Shown piece by piece: positions 23,050-35,057 of a stretch of 64,000 bases of DNA. The notes under the pieces were generated by a model that was given only the letters and a program-made list of their open reading frames with translations, was not told the DNA's origin and searched no databases. Numbering within the stretch: position 1 is the stretch's first letter; every line of letters starts with the position of its first letter. A program made the translations under genes and the position numbers. The stretch lies in the NCBI GenBank assembly GCA_965645245.1, contig OZ287076.1, positions 2,170,001-2,234,000 of the forward strand, in the 5' to 3' direction. Origin of the DNA: Massalongia carnosa (Eukaryota).

Positions 23050-23109
23050 AAGAATTGATTGACTAAAGGTCATTGAACATTCCTACTTTCCGAGATACAA
23101 TACGTGCAA

Positions 23110-24407
23110 TCACGGAGCGCCCCGAACCAGGTCTCCGCCCTTACTGCTTTCCGTTGCATATTCTTCCTCCGCGTAGTCAGGCTTACATAGAACCTCCGGC
23201 TTTCGCAATTGCCGACCTGTAGGGTCCCCAGTTCTCAGTAAGGCTGGAAAGGTCATAATTCGCCGATCTTTTTTGACTCGTCGACTTGTCTGTTCACTGG
23301 CGCTATGTTTGGTGGAGGAGCGCTCTAGCGGCATGAACCAATCAAACTCGTAGGTTGCTGGCTGTAACAACAGGAGAACCCCAATTTGTGCACCTTTTTT
23401 CATGATAGCCTCTAATTGAAGTTTCCGTGAAGACTCGTTCGACTCTAAGCTCGCTAAACTCGTTAATTGGTCATGCAAATCATCGACTGCACGTCCAACC
23501 TGGGATTCTTGCTCTCTTGTCGCGTGCTCGCTTTCTCCCCTTTGACTCAACCGTAGCAAATTCGCCGCCGTTCTACGTAGCAAAGCGGATGCTGCGAATC
23601 GGACTGACACGAGTTAGATCTCATATTTCACCTGATTTCGCCTGTTCGGAACTCACATTTCTCCGTATGATGAGACGAAGCCATTCCAAGCAGCGACACG
23701 ACATCAGGTGGTAAAAATGTTTTCTCCGGGTCCCCATCAAATGCGATTCTCTCGAGCATGAAGCGGGTAATGGAGAGGCGGATTGCGGCCAAGCGAAAAG
23801 ATTCTTCGGAGGGGAGTGAAATGGGAGCGTGCCAGTCGCCATGGTCAAGCTTGAGGATCCCAATTATGACATCTTCCGAAGGAGGATTTGCGATACCGCC
23901 ATAGTGATTATAGACATGAGAATCGATAGAATGTTTCAGCCCTTCCACGCTGTTGTGGAACCATGAGTCTTCGACTGGCTGAAGAAAGTAATCCTCCAGA
24001 TCGATTGCATTGCTGTGAAGGTACTTTGGTGGCGCCTCTGGGGCTTTGTTCATGGGTGCTGGAGTTGAGGACCATGGTACCCTGAATCCTAAGATCTGGA
24101 ATCTGGACCCTTCTGAGACGGTGTTATGGACGGGGATGGAAGGAGTTCGATCGAGTCGCGCATTCCTTATATTACCAGTACTATTCCTGGCCGATGCCGA
24201 GCTCCTTTTTTCCTTGCGAACCGATCTATCGCGGTCGCGGTCACGGGTACGGGGAGGGTATTCTGCCTGGAGGATTGGTCTTGTTACCAAATCAGTCGCA
24301 TGGTAGGAACTTGTCGTCGTCCGGGCTTGCTGACTGTCAAGCTCATTACTGCCAATATTTATATTCAAATTACGGGGATCCGGCGGGTTCTGAACATACG
24401 AAGACAT
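23110..24407 (-). CDS. fungal hypothetical protein (2 exons)
   Basis: Exons 24407-23657 and 23603-23110 joined in frame by GTGAGT...CTAAC...CAG intron; motifs FLQPVED, FLPPDV, LLLQPATYEFDW, FPALLRTGD. Confidence 0.75.
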
Positions 24408-25102
24408 TTCAGGATATCTTTGCAGCGACGTTCAATATCACCGAGCGAGTATGTTCAAGTTCTGATCCTTAGCATGTCAGCATGCCCACACTTGTGTCAT
24501 GAGGCTATGGATTCATGACACCACCACTAAAAGGCTGACACTCCGTGCATCAGCTGAACGCTCTCCCCTTTCGCTAGTGAACTGGCACCCCACTTTCAGA
24601 CTAACTAGATCGGGCTTGATAAATCTATTGTTGGTAACTCTAAAGCCTATATTAAGCCCTGTATGGTTAGTCTGAAAGGGGGGTGCAAATCTACCTTGAT
24701 TTACTAGTTATGTATGTGCGGCTGATACGATTAGGCTCAATACAATACCGCATTAATGCCCGGGTGATAAGACACCTAAATATAACCGAGAGATAGACCT
24801 CACGTAGCCCAGAGAACAGGTGTTCTGCGTCTTGAGCGGTATCATTGTATGTGTATGCATGCATGTGCATTGTATTAGCGCAAATCAAAGACTTTGCGTG
24901 ACTTCCTCTGTACAGCCCGCTGCTTTATTGATCAATCAACAGCCGCAGTCACAGATCGTCTCAGCCTGATCTCAAAATGTCCCATCATAAGCTCGAACTG
25001 CTCTTAAAAAAGAGCGTCGGCTTTCTACAAAGAAATCGTGGTTCTTCTGCAATGCATTGCGCAATCTTTTGCTGAACTGGATCAAGTCTCTCACAGGCCA
25101 AG

Positions 25103-27452
25103 ATGAACGCAGATTTAATCATCGGCATTGACCTTGGCATGACCTTTACTGGTATGTTTGATCTTGCGCGTGTATACCAAAACAACTCACACATCTCAAG
25201 GGGTCGGATATTTCGTCCCGGGGAAGACCGACCGGGAACGGGTCAAACTGCTTCAGCATTGGCCTGGAAAGGAAGACAAGACCGAGAACAAAGTCCCCAC
25301 ATCTCTCATCTATCATGACAAGAACCTAAAGTCCTGGGGTTTTCTTTGCGATCGGCTAGACCTACCGGAGCATCCTAACCCGAAACGTCAGCAGTATTTC
25401 AAGCTCTGGCTTGATAAATCACACCTGCAAGATGTTTTCGTTGGAACTAATGGTCCTTCACATGATGATGTCAAGCAATGGTTTACGGATTTCCTTGAGA
25501 GACTGTATCAGCATATTAAAGTTACTTTCTCTCAAGGTCCGTACGCAAAGGAATGGCAGGCCAAGGTGGATTTTGTGTTTAGTGTTCCAACCACTTGGAA
25601 AACTCAAAATGTTTTTAAAACGTACAAAGAGTGCATCAAGAATGCCGGCTTCAAATCGGGAGGAAAGCGACATAATTTTTTCATCGGCCTAACAGAGGCT
25701 GAAGCTGCTGCGATTCACACACTCAAGTCAAAAGCTAGTACGATCAAGGTTTGTCATATAGCATCGCTCGCCTGTGACCTAACTGACCTCCGTTAGCACA
25801 AAGATATGATTCTGATATGTGATGCTGGAGGAGGCACTACAGTAAGAACGCTTTGGATCTTCGTTGGGTTTCAACAATTCTCAAAAATTCTAGGATTCCG
25901 CCCTGCTCGAAGCAGTGGAGAACTCTCATGGTAGCCCTCAGTTGAAGCAGTTCGGCCCCGATTTCGGTACGGAATCTGTGTTTGATTGCTTTTTAAAACC
26001 TCCCCTCTCTGATTCGGGTGCTAGGCAAGTCCGTTGGCTCTGTGAAAATTGATTGGGCTTTCGTCCAACTTGTAAAAGGACGCCTCGAAAAAGCCAATGA
26101 ATTAATTCCTTCCCTTTCCGAGGATGATCCAGAGTGGGCCCATCGAACAGCTTGGGAGATGGCCCAAGGCGATTTCCAGTATTATAAATGTGCATTTGGC
26201 ACCATTGAGGGGACCCATGAGAAATTCAGGATCAAGATTCCAGATTTTTCTACCGCACGCAACCTGCCTGAAGCCTCTGTCGAGAAGAAACATATGTTGT
26301 TCACCCGGTAATATTCAAGCTAAAAATCGCAAAGAGAATAGCCGCTCACGTTCCATACAGTCAGGACATGTGTGCCATGTTTGACGCTCAGTTGGAGGAA
26401 ATATACTCCATCTTGGATGATCAGCTGAGTTATCTCAAATTAAACAGGCCCACTAAAGACGTAGTAAGTAATAGAGGGTCCCAACCTTACCAGAAACCTC
26501 TAATTCCATTCATCCTAGAAATATCTGGCTCTCTCCGGTGGGCTTGGCAGCTCGGTGTACATCAAGAAAAAAATTGTCGAGCGGTACTTGAGTAGAACAG
26601 CTATGTACTCTAATGCCAAGAATATGAAGGTCATTACAGCTGAAGATCCGTACGCGCAATGTCCATTTCGATATTACATCAGGTCACACCTGACATTCAT
26701 CTTAGACAAACTGCAGTTGTTCAAGGCCTTGTATTAAATCAATCGCAGCAGCGTGTGACTGGACATGCAACACTGCAGAGTCGGACGAGCCCGGCAAGTT
26801 ACGGCGTACTCTGCAAACACCAATACGATAAAGACAAACACATTAGTTTGAAAATTGAGACAGACGAGCATGATGGAAAACAGTATGCAATAAATCTCAT
26901 TCATTGGTTTGTGAAAAAGGTGACGGCTCCGGAAACCACGTAGCTACAGGATCGACTAACTAGGCTTAGGGAGATTCTGTGTCCGAGGATAAACCTATCA
27001 CCTATCACTTCATGCGTAAAATAGACCCCTCCTCGAACTTGAAAAAGAGCCATTGGGAAAGCACTGTGGTGATTTGCTGGAAAGACCCTCAGCATCTCCC
27101 GAATGCTTTGGATGACGGTAACAAGACTTCTTCTCTAGTCAAAGTAAAATAGCGAGCTAATCCGCCCCCTATAGAAGCCATGACTCTCTGCAAAATCGTC
27201 TCCGACACATCGCATTTGAAACTCAAGAACTTTGAAAAAGTTGCCCCGTGGTACAACCCGTGGGGCGAAGCATACTACATCGCCAAGTATGAAGTCAAGG
27301 TTAACATTGAAGTGGCAGATATTTTATTCGAAGTGTGGTGCGACGGCCGCAAACTATCCAAGGATCAGCGGATAGATGTTCAGTGGAAGAAAGGGGCGGA
27401 AATGTCGAGACCGGCGGATTCCAACACCGCCAAAGATATCTTTTGGAAATAA
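25103..27452 (+). CDS. Hsp70-like actin-fold ATPase (HSPA12-like), multi-exon, apparently intact
   Basis: IIGIDLGMTFTGV phosphate-1 loop, FSVPTTW, TEAEAAA, ICDAGGGTT|D phosphate-2, LSGGLGSS adenosine motif; about nine short introns. Confidence 0.88.
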
Positions 27453-28332
27453 AATGTCACGTTTTCTTTCCTCCTCTCGACTTTTGGTTAACAAAGCAAA
27501 AATTCAATTCCCTTTCTCTTATCTATGATGGTCCTTTAATGAAAAGTCAGAAATATCGCCCTCTTCGAATATCTTTTCGTCCGACATCGCGTCTCAGACT
27601 TATCGAGAGACCTGATGAGAGAAAAAGCCGAAGCGTTGAGAGGGAGGATTGAAGATGACGGCGCCGAGAATCGGGATATTTCTCGGAAGTGCTCGATGTA
27701 GTTGTGAATCATTCCATAATCATCTTTACATGTCTAGCTTCGTCGTCGTCTCAGGCGTGATTCTCTTTGCGAGTCGCAGACAACACGTTGATCTCGCTCG
27801 TCAAAAAGAGTAATTCGGCTCGGGCGAAAGGTAATGCCGGGACCGAGTGGAGGCAGCCCGCGGATAGCCGACGAAGGCCGCTTTGGATTGACAATAGCGA
27901 CGGTCCACCTAGCCGTATCGGAGGCCGGCCTTATAATAGGCCGGCCCCCTGAATCCTAATGCGGTAAGGTGGTTAAGGAGGTGTTTGCTATAGCAAACAA
28001 TCTGGTCAATAAGGTCCTCGGGAGGACCCCCTCGAACTTCCTTCCTTCTAGATAGCATTAATATAATCACCTTTCAAAGCCTTCAGTCTGCCACTAAGCC
28101 TCCTGTAATCAAAGGGCCGAAGGTCGGATGTTGGACGGGAGGAAAAAGCATAAATAGGTGGCCTTTTGGCACTCTTCTCCTCATCATCACCATTGATTCG
28201 GAGTTCAGCACCAAAAAGTCTTTTGAAAGTCTTTCCCGAATTAAAAACATCTATCAATTACTCACCCCCAATCCCATCATTCCAAATCACCTCCACCTCT
28301 CATTCTATATTACCCTCCAAACTGAGCCCATC

Positions 28333-29040
28333 ATGCATTTCCATCGCCCTCAAAGAATCATCAAGCCCTTCGTTCACTTCGAAAACACCTCCGGGCCCGG
28401 TCAACGTTTCACTCGTTCCACCCGATCCCCTAGAAGAGGGGTCTTAGTTTCAGAAACACAGCCTCCTTCGAACACTCAGGGTTCGGAGGTAACACTTCGG
28501 GACGATGTGATAGACGTTCATCGAACATCGGAATCAATCCCGGATCTGCTGTTGGATCTCAGGGCTCAGCAGGAGGCCACGGCGACAGTCCTCAGGCAGG
28601 AGGAAACCCGTCACATTCAAAAAACAAATCGCCGACAACTTGGCGGCCATTCAGCGCATAAGGGAAGGAAACACAGTCCCCGACGGAGAGATCAAGGGAC
28701 TACCCCACCTGATTCGCTGCCTCGGGTGTATTTGCAGGTCTTGCTTCATTTGGCATCATCCGGAATAAAAGACGGTCTTTGTAGGGCCTTTCAAATCTAT
28801 CAGGACCGCTTGTTGTTACATTACACCACCTACACCTGAGACACCCGGGATCACTCCCGGTAGGCGGCTCCACTGAATCAAAGCCCATGTTCTGCAATCG
28901 ATACAACGCAGGGCGGGAATACAAGGACTGCAGGTATCCTCACGTCTGCAGTCTCTGTTTCGGCCATCACACGAAAAACAACTGCCTCAAGGCACATATC
29001 AGCAACCCAAATTTCATGTCAACGGGTAGACGAGATTGAC
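28333..29040 (+). pseudogene. gag-like ORF1 of the YR retroelement
   Basis: Ends in FCNRYNAGREYKDCRYPHVCSLCFGHHTKNNC cysteine/histidine finger; frameshifts and stops. Confidence 0.6.
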
Positions 29041-29187
29041 TAGCCGGCCCATTTGATCATATCGCCGAAGGGTTCCCCTATCCGCTGATAGATAAATCAG
29101 CAATCGTACCCTCAGGGCCTCTAAGAAAAGAAGGCTGGGAACTTCACCTCATGGGTCATCAGAAAAAAAAAAAATACAAACAGATCA

Positions 29188-29646
29188 GTAATTCGTGGGC
29201 TCCATCGTGTCAGCTGAACATATACATAATTTCTATCTATGTTTGGGCAACTCTCCCCTCGCTGCTGCCCTGCTGGCGCTCAGTTTTGCTGAGGGCCCCT
29301 CCTATATTGGCTTTGTTTTGGCAGCAGTGAGGGGAAAAACTTCATCTACCTATGCGGCTGATTCAGGGAGTGGATGGGTGGGCAAAAGACCTTTTGGTGC
29401 TGAACTCCGAATCAATGGTGATGATGAGGAGAAGAGTGCCAAAAGGCCACCTATTTATACCCTTTCTCTCCCTTGTTTGTCCAACTATTTTGGACATCAT
29501 CCTCCTTTGTCCTTCGGCCTTTGTTGGCTGTTCGCGGCCTACCTCCACTCGGTCCTTCGAGTATCCACGGCCTTCAGCCTTCGTCGGCTGTTTCGCGGCC
29601 TGCTTCCACTCGGTCCCGGCATTACCTTTCGCCTTAGGCGAGTTAC
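29188..29646 (-). mobile_element. full-length miniature non-autonomous YR-retroelement derivative inserted in the RT gene
   Basis: Reverse complement starts GTAACTCG..GGCGAAAGGTAATGCCGGGACCGAGTGG (as at 27810) and ends GATGGAGCCCACGAATTAC (as at 32516); no element-related ORF; no TSD. Confidence 0.88.
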
Positions 29647-30390
29647 TTTCACGATATAATCATGTACGGGGCCAAAATTGATTACACCGGCCCAATTCAG
29701 TTCATTCTAAGCAACAACCTGGCCTCGGCCAACGCGGCCCCAGAAATTCTGACCATGGACGTAGAGGACCAGAGGGCCAAGAACCGATTGATCGAGGTAC
29801 CCACCCTACCAGCCAGATATATATGCTCCCCTTTATGCCTGGTCCCCAAAGTAAACGGAGGATGGCGCCGTATTCATCACCTCTCCCACCCCGAGGGTAA
29901 TTCGGTGAACGACTTCATTCCCGAAGAATGAGGCGCTCTGGAATATATCACTTTCGACGAAGCCCTCGCCGGCGTCAGAAGAATGGGCAAGGACTGCCTA
30001 CTGATCAAACGAGATCCATCCGATGCCTTTCGCCACGTTCCAGTGGCGCAAAGCGATTGGTGGTTGCTGGGTTTTTGTTGGAACGGGGTTTACTGGATGG
30101 AACGCTTTCTTCCATTCGGCCTCAGGACGTCTCCCTTCTTGTTTGACATATTCGCGAAAGGTCTGAACTGGATGATGATTAATTGTTCAGACCTTCGGCC
30201 TAAAATCAACGATAAGAAAAATAAACAAGGCACGGTAGTCGAATTCCTGGGCATCGAGCTGGACACACACCTCATGCAGGCACGAATACCGGCCAAAAAG
30301 CTTCAGAAAGCTAAGGATCTCGTCCAAACAACATTGAATAAATCCACGATAACCAGAAACAAGCTAGACACTCTTGCTGCGATTTCTGGG

Positions 30391-30973
30391 CTTTGCAGCC
30401 AAAATGGTGGTGCCGGAAAAAACTTTTCTCCGACGCATTTTCAACTGCAAAATCGGGCCCGCGCGCCCATTTATGCATAACAATTCTCACATAAAAGCTG
30501 ATCTTTTATGGTGGCATCGTTTCCTTCCATTATGGAACGGCATATACATTATTTGCCCTTCGAGACCCCTGCTCCGTCTCTGGACGGATGCCAGTGGGGA
30601 CTTCGGAATCGGGGCATACATACTTCAAGGTGGTCAGACCACACACACTGCCCGCTGAGCAAGTGGTTTCTGAACGTTATACCACCTCTTTGCAGCCAAA
30701 GTAGTAGTGCCCGAGAACCTTTCTCCGGCGCCTTTTCAACTGCAAAATCGGGCCCGCGCGCCCATTTATTCATGTCAATTCCCACATAAAAGCTGATCTT
30801 TTATGATGGCATCACTTCCTTCCATTATGGAACGGCATATGCATCATCAGCCCTTCGAGACCCCTGCTCCGTCTCTGGACGGATGCCAGCGGGGACTTCG
30901 GAATCGGGGCATACATACTCTTAGGTGGACAGACCACACACACACTGCCCGCTGAGCAAGTAATGTCTGAACG
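30391..30973 (+). repeat. ~297 bp diverged tandem duplication within RT/RNase H
   Basis: CTTTGCAGCCAAA...CTGAACG occurs at 30391-30677 and 30688-30973. Confidence 0.85.
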
Positions 30974-31369
30974 ATACACCACTAGGCTCAGAGCCAAACA
31001 TATCAATGAGAAGGAGATGACAGCGATCCTGCACGCCATACGGCGGTGGCTCACCCTGTAAGGGAGCCCATCTTCTTCTCTATTGCGACAGCTTCGCTGT
31101 AATGTCCGGGATCATAAAGACCTCCATTCGACGAGGGGCCATGCACCCTCTTCGGAATATCGCCATGATGGCGGCTGTAAATGACATTGAAATCGAGCCA
31201 CACTGGCTGTCGACCAAAGAAAACTTCTTAGCAGATCGGTTGTCCCCAGTACTATTTAGGAAAATCACTGACAATTACCCCAAACTGCAGAGCATTTCAT
31301 CGGACAAATAACGGCGACACACTCCCGCGACCCTCCAGAAACATGGTACAATAAGGTCCCGCTGGATCG

Positions 31370-32337
31370 TCGGGCAGCCAGATATCTATGGTGGGGCATA
31401 GCAATTAGGACTCGAGGACTATACGATGCAGCCCGAAAAAGCTACACGACCCACTGTCAGCTAGCGACGAATTTTCCCCTTTCCAGCAATAATTCGAAGT
31501 CTTTCGGCGTGGATAGCCGCTCTAGGCCAACGGGGACTCCGTCCCAAAACTATCAAAAACTATCTAGCTGGGGTGCGATCAAGCAATTGGACATGGGCCT
31601 AGGGGACCTGGAGGTTTTCCATCAGCCAGTCCTAGAAAGGATAATAGCAGGAATAAAACGGATGCACGGTAAACCCCAAAAACGAGAAAGACTACCAATC
31701 ACACGCGACGTTCTGATAAAATTGCTACGAAAATTAGACACTACTAACGAGGTCCAAGCAACACTCCATGCGGCATATAGCATCGCATTCGCCGCCTTCT
31801 TAAGAGCGGGAGAATTTACTTACAAACAAGGAGACATGCAAGACCCCAGCTTCGATTCATGGAATTTAACCAGGAAATCCGTGGACCTAGGGAGAAGATC
31901 GAATGATTCTCTCCTTACCATCATCGAAAACGGACCCTTTTCGAAGAGATAGAAAAATTTACATCGCAGCAACAAACGACGAAGCATGCTCGGTCGCCTC
32001 CACCCTGAACTTGTTTACCCGGTTCCCGAAATCAGCATCGTCCCCGCTGTTCCAGGTTCAAAACAAGGCCTTCACCCGGGATTATTTGGTGCAGGCTCTG
32101 CGAAACGGTCTCCGGGCGATTGGAGTTCGAGGTAATTACTCGGGTCAATCGTTTCGACGTGGGGCAGCAACAATGGCCAAGGACTCGGGCTTGCTGGAAG
32201 AAGACATTCAAACCTTGGGCCGATGGAAATCGGACTCGTACCAGCTATACATCCAAATACACCCGGACCAGCTAATAGCGACTTCCCTTCGTTTTCAACG
32301 ACCCTCCCCCGTCACGTTTCGAACAGCACCACCATAG
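31370..32337 (+). pseudogene. tyrosine recombinase of the YR retroelement (frameshifted)
   Basis: SAM-like N-terminus (YLWWGIAIRTR), AFLRAGEF (R), SKTDPF (K), GQSFRRGAAT (HxxR with H->Q), GRWKSDSYQLY (W, Y). Confidence 0.88.
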
Positions 32338-32805
32338 GTGGGCCATTCCCTGCTTGGGGTTTGGGAGTTTTCCCCTCACCGCTGCCATAATAAAGCCATT
32401 ATAGGCGGGGCCCTCAGCAAAACTGAGCGCCAGCATGGCAGCAGCGAGGGGGAGTTGCCCAAACATAGGTAGTACTTATATGATGTTCTAACGACACGAT
32501 GGAGCCCGCGAATTACCGATGCACACAGCATGAGTCGTTGCTGTCAAAATCGAGCGTTTCGCCTCAAGAGAAATGCCATGATCACATTTCCTGTAATTCC
32601 GCGTCGATTGATTATGATCGATTTGCGCAGGTGTAAAACCAGCATGCATCAATTGTGGTCATCGACGCCCACGAAGCACACGATAACACTTCACGATTAG
32701 AGTTTGACTACAAAATCAATAAAAAACAGTAAAAATACCCAAAATATTCGACACAAAGACAAGAAACATGATTATCTTGATCGTTTTCGCTCAAATCAAG
32801 AAACC

Positions 32806-34733
32806 TTATTCCGAGTCACGACGATTTGACATCCTCCGATTAAATAGGTTCTGCGCTAGTTTGCGATCCGTCTCTACAACGCGTGACCGCTGCGCCCCTA
32901 TCAGGATTCCCACGTACTGTAGCACTCCCCCCTGCGATCCTTCCTCCGTCCCGTAGTGGCGCTGCTCCATGCTCGCCCGCAAGTGCGTCAAGTCGCCTCC
33001 CACGGACATCAAGGCCGCGTGCACCGCGTTCATGCTTCACATGCCATCTTCCACGACGCGCGTGACCTCGGCTAACGTGATCTGCTTTGTTACCACCGCC
33101 AAGTCGGTTGGGCTGCCGCCGATGCGGAGCCAGAGCTTTGTCCAGAACCATCGTTGACGCTCGATGTCGGTGCTGGCAAGCATCATCGACTGATCGTGGG
33201 TCATGACGATGAATCGGAGTTCGCTCGGTTCTTCCTGCAACAGCGTTAATCGATCGCGCATGACGATGCTATCTTCCCTCAAGTCCTTCAAGCGGGGGAG
33301 GATACGGTCTATATGCGTGGCGAATTGAAACGTGATCAAGGCAGCAGCGGTGGTGGGCGGAGGAGGCGGCAGCGCGAACGGAACCGAAAAGGGAAGCCAC
33401 GGACGCACTACCGCAGGAACAAGAAAGGAGTGACCGTGATACAGCAACCGGTACATCGCAGTGTATCTTCCAGCGATGCAACAGTCCAATCCGTTGTGAT
33501 GAGCATCCAATCGATAACGCCGCCAACCCGTGGGGAAAAGAGCAGTATGTCATCACGCACCGAATCCGACTCCTCAACGTACACTAAAATCCGCTGAATG
33601 AGTTGATCTCGGGAAGGGACCTGTGACACTTCAAGATCCCAGCGAACTTTTCGCAGCGCTTCACTTGTATCCATCATCATGAAAGGCATGATTATCAACT
33701 AATGCGCTTGAAGTATCCTGTTGACAAACTTGTGTTAGTGCGACGAAAAGTGTCGCTGAATCGAGGTCGCGCGCATCCAAGGCACATCTCCTGAGATTGT
33801 ACCGAAGGCAGACCGGAGAGGCAGAAGGCGACAGGACAGTACGCCCTGGTGAAATGGAGATGACAGAAGAGTATTGAAATATGGCAGACAAACGTTAAAA
33901 TAGTTACATTGAAGAAGACAATTATAACAAAGACCACATAGGTGGCGACTAAATACGGAAGAAGCGTTTTGAGAAATTAGCAGGAAATGTACAAATATTC
34001 AAGAATCATTGATATCTGGGAAAGAATTCTAACTTCTTCAAGTACAGTTTGTGTGAAGACATTGACGATAATGTGAAAGAGGGCTTGCTGAAAATTGCGG
34101 AATTCGATCAAGATGGTGTGAGGAATCTTCATGAGAGCGTCAGAACTCGGTGAAGTATTGCGGTCTTTGATCAGAATAGACGAGGAATTGGACATGGGTC
34201 GTTGTAATTCATCTAGGACAGAGCTTTTGGATATCAGAATCTCTTGAGATGACATGTCCGTATGTGAGATTGCGAGTTCCAGACAACAAGAATCCTCATG
34301 TTCCGATTGAATTTGAGATTCGAACTGCCGCTGCATCCTGCTCTTCATCGTGGGTTCCATCGCTATATTGCTTGCCGGGCTAGCCGCATCAAGTATCGCA
34401 GTCGTTGCGAGCCTGCATTTCTTCCCCGAGGTTGATGTTATTGAATCCTTTGTGTTGTCAGCGTCTTCCGATGATGGCTATGGCTACGTGTCAGTCCAAG
34501 ATTTCCAATGGAAACACCAGCGACTAACAACACTCTTCTGTATAGCAGCTCCATCATGTTGTAGTATAGTATCTTGTTTCGTTACCTCTTGCGACGACTT
34601 TACAGCATGTATCTGCTTCAGTTGACGTTGTTGCCGCGCCTCTCTTAGTTGAAATATGTCCTTCGGCTCTTGGTTCAAGTCTCGCAATGCTTCTGCCCTC
34701 TGAAATTATTGCTGTTCATCTGATGGCGCCATG
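32806..34733 (-). pseudogene. decayed fungal hypothetical gene (coiled-coil and hydrophobic segments)
   Basis: Chain of minus-strand ORF pieces separated by stops, ending ...WTKLWLRIGG...; no recognisable family. Confidence 0.35.
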
Positions 34734-35057
34734 ATCACATCACGTTCTCGATGATTAATTTGTAGAATTAGAAGATAAGAAGGATGGATAATGGACAGCG
34801 ACGAGAGAAGGAGCAAGGATTTCTGCGCCACCATGAAAGACAGCAGACGTGTTAGCCTCGTTTTGTATTGCGAAGCAAAGCGGATGCAAAAAGCGAAAAA
34901 GATGGTCTCATGCTGCGATACTGTGTTCCGTATAGTCCTGCCGTTTGGAATTCTCGTTCCTAAGGAGGTCCCCTTACCTGACACTAGAATCCATTCCACA
35001 TTCTAGCGGTCGGTTATTCATCACCTTTCTTGGCTTCGTGAAAAGACGCTAGCTTCA

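Larger units (their letters stand above)
29040..31311 (+). pseudogene. RT / RNase H of the YR retroelement (interrupted, YxDD region deleted)
   Basis: SPLCLVPK..GWRRIHHLSHPEGNSVND, DAFRHVPV, LPFGLRTSPFLF, EFLGIELD, LWTDASG, HINEKEM, NFLADRLS. Confidence 0.85.
27810..32516 (+). mobile_element. tyrosine-recombinase retrotransposon (DIRS order, Ngaro-like gene order gag - RT/RH - YR), degenerate
   Basis: Zn-finger gag end, DIRS-type RT and RNase H, phage-integrase YR; termini GTAATTCG...CGAATTAC defined by comparison with the two miniature copies; no TSD. Confidence 0.85.

Noticed and set aside
27810..27885. Hammerhead or HDV ribozyme at the YR element 5' end
   Set aside because: GC-rich stems are present but no CUGAnGA/GAAA core or HDV pseudoknot could be assigned by eye.
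29195..29681. ORFs of 109-154 aa (and matching ORFs at 18520-18877, 32272-32466)
   Set aside because: They are translations of the non-coding miniature element and change frame between copies.
31370..32337. Tyrosine recombinase as a Starship captain or Crypton
   Set aside because: It is short, follows an RT/RNase H directly and has DIRS-order motifs (SKTD, SFRRGAAT, GRWKS).
32969..35006. Numerous short plus-strand ORFs
   Set aside because: Antisense shadows of a decayed minus-strand gene with no motifs.
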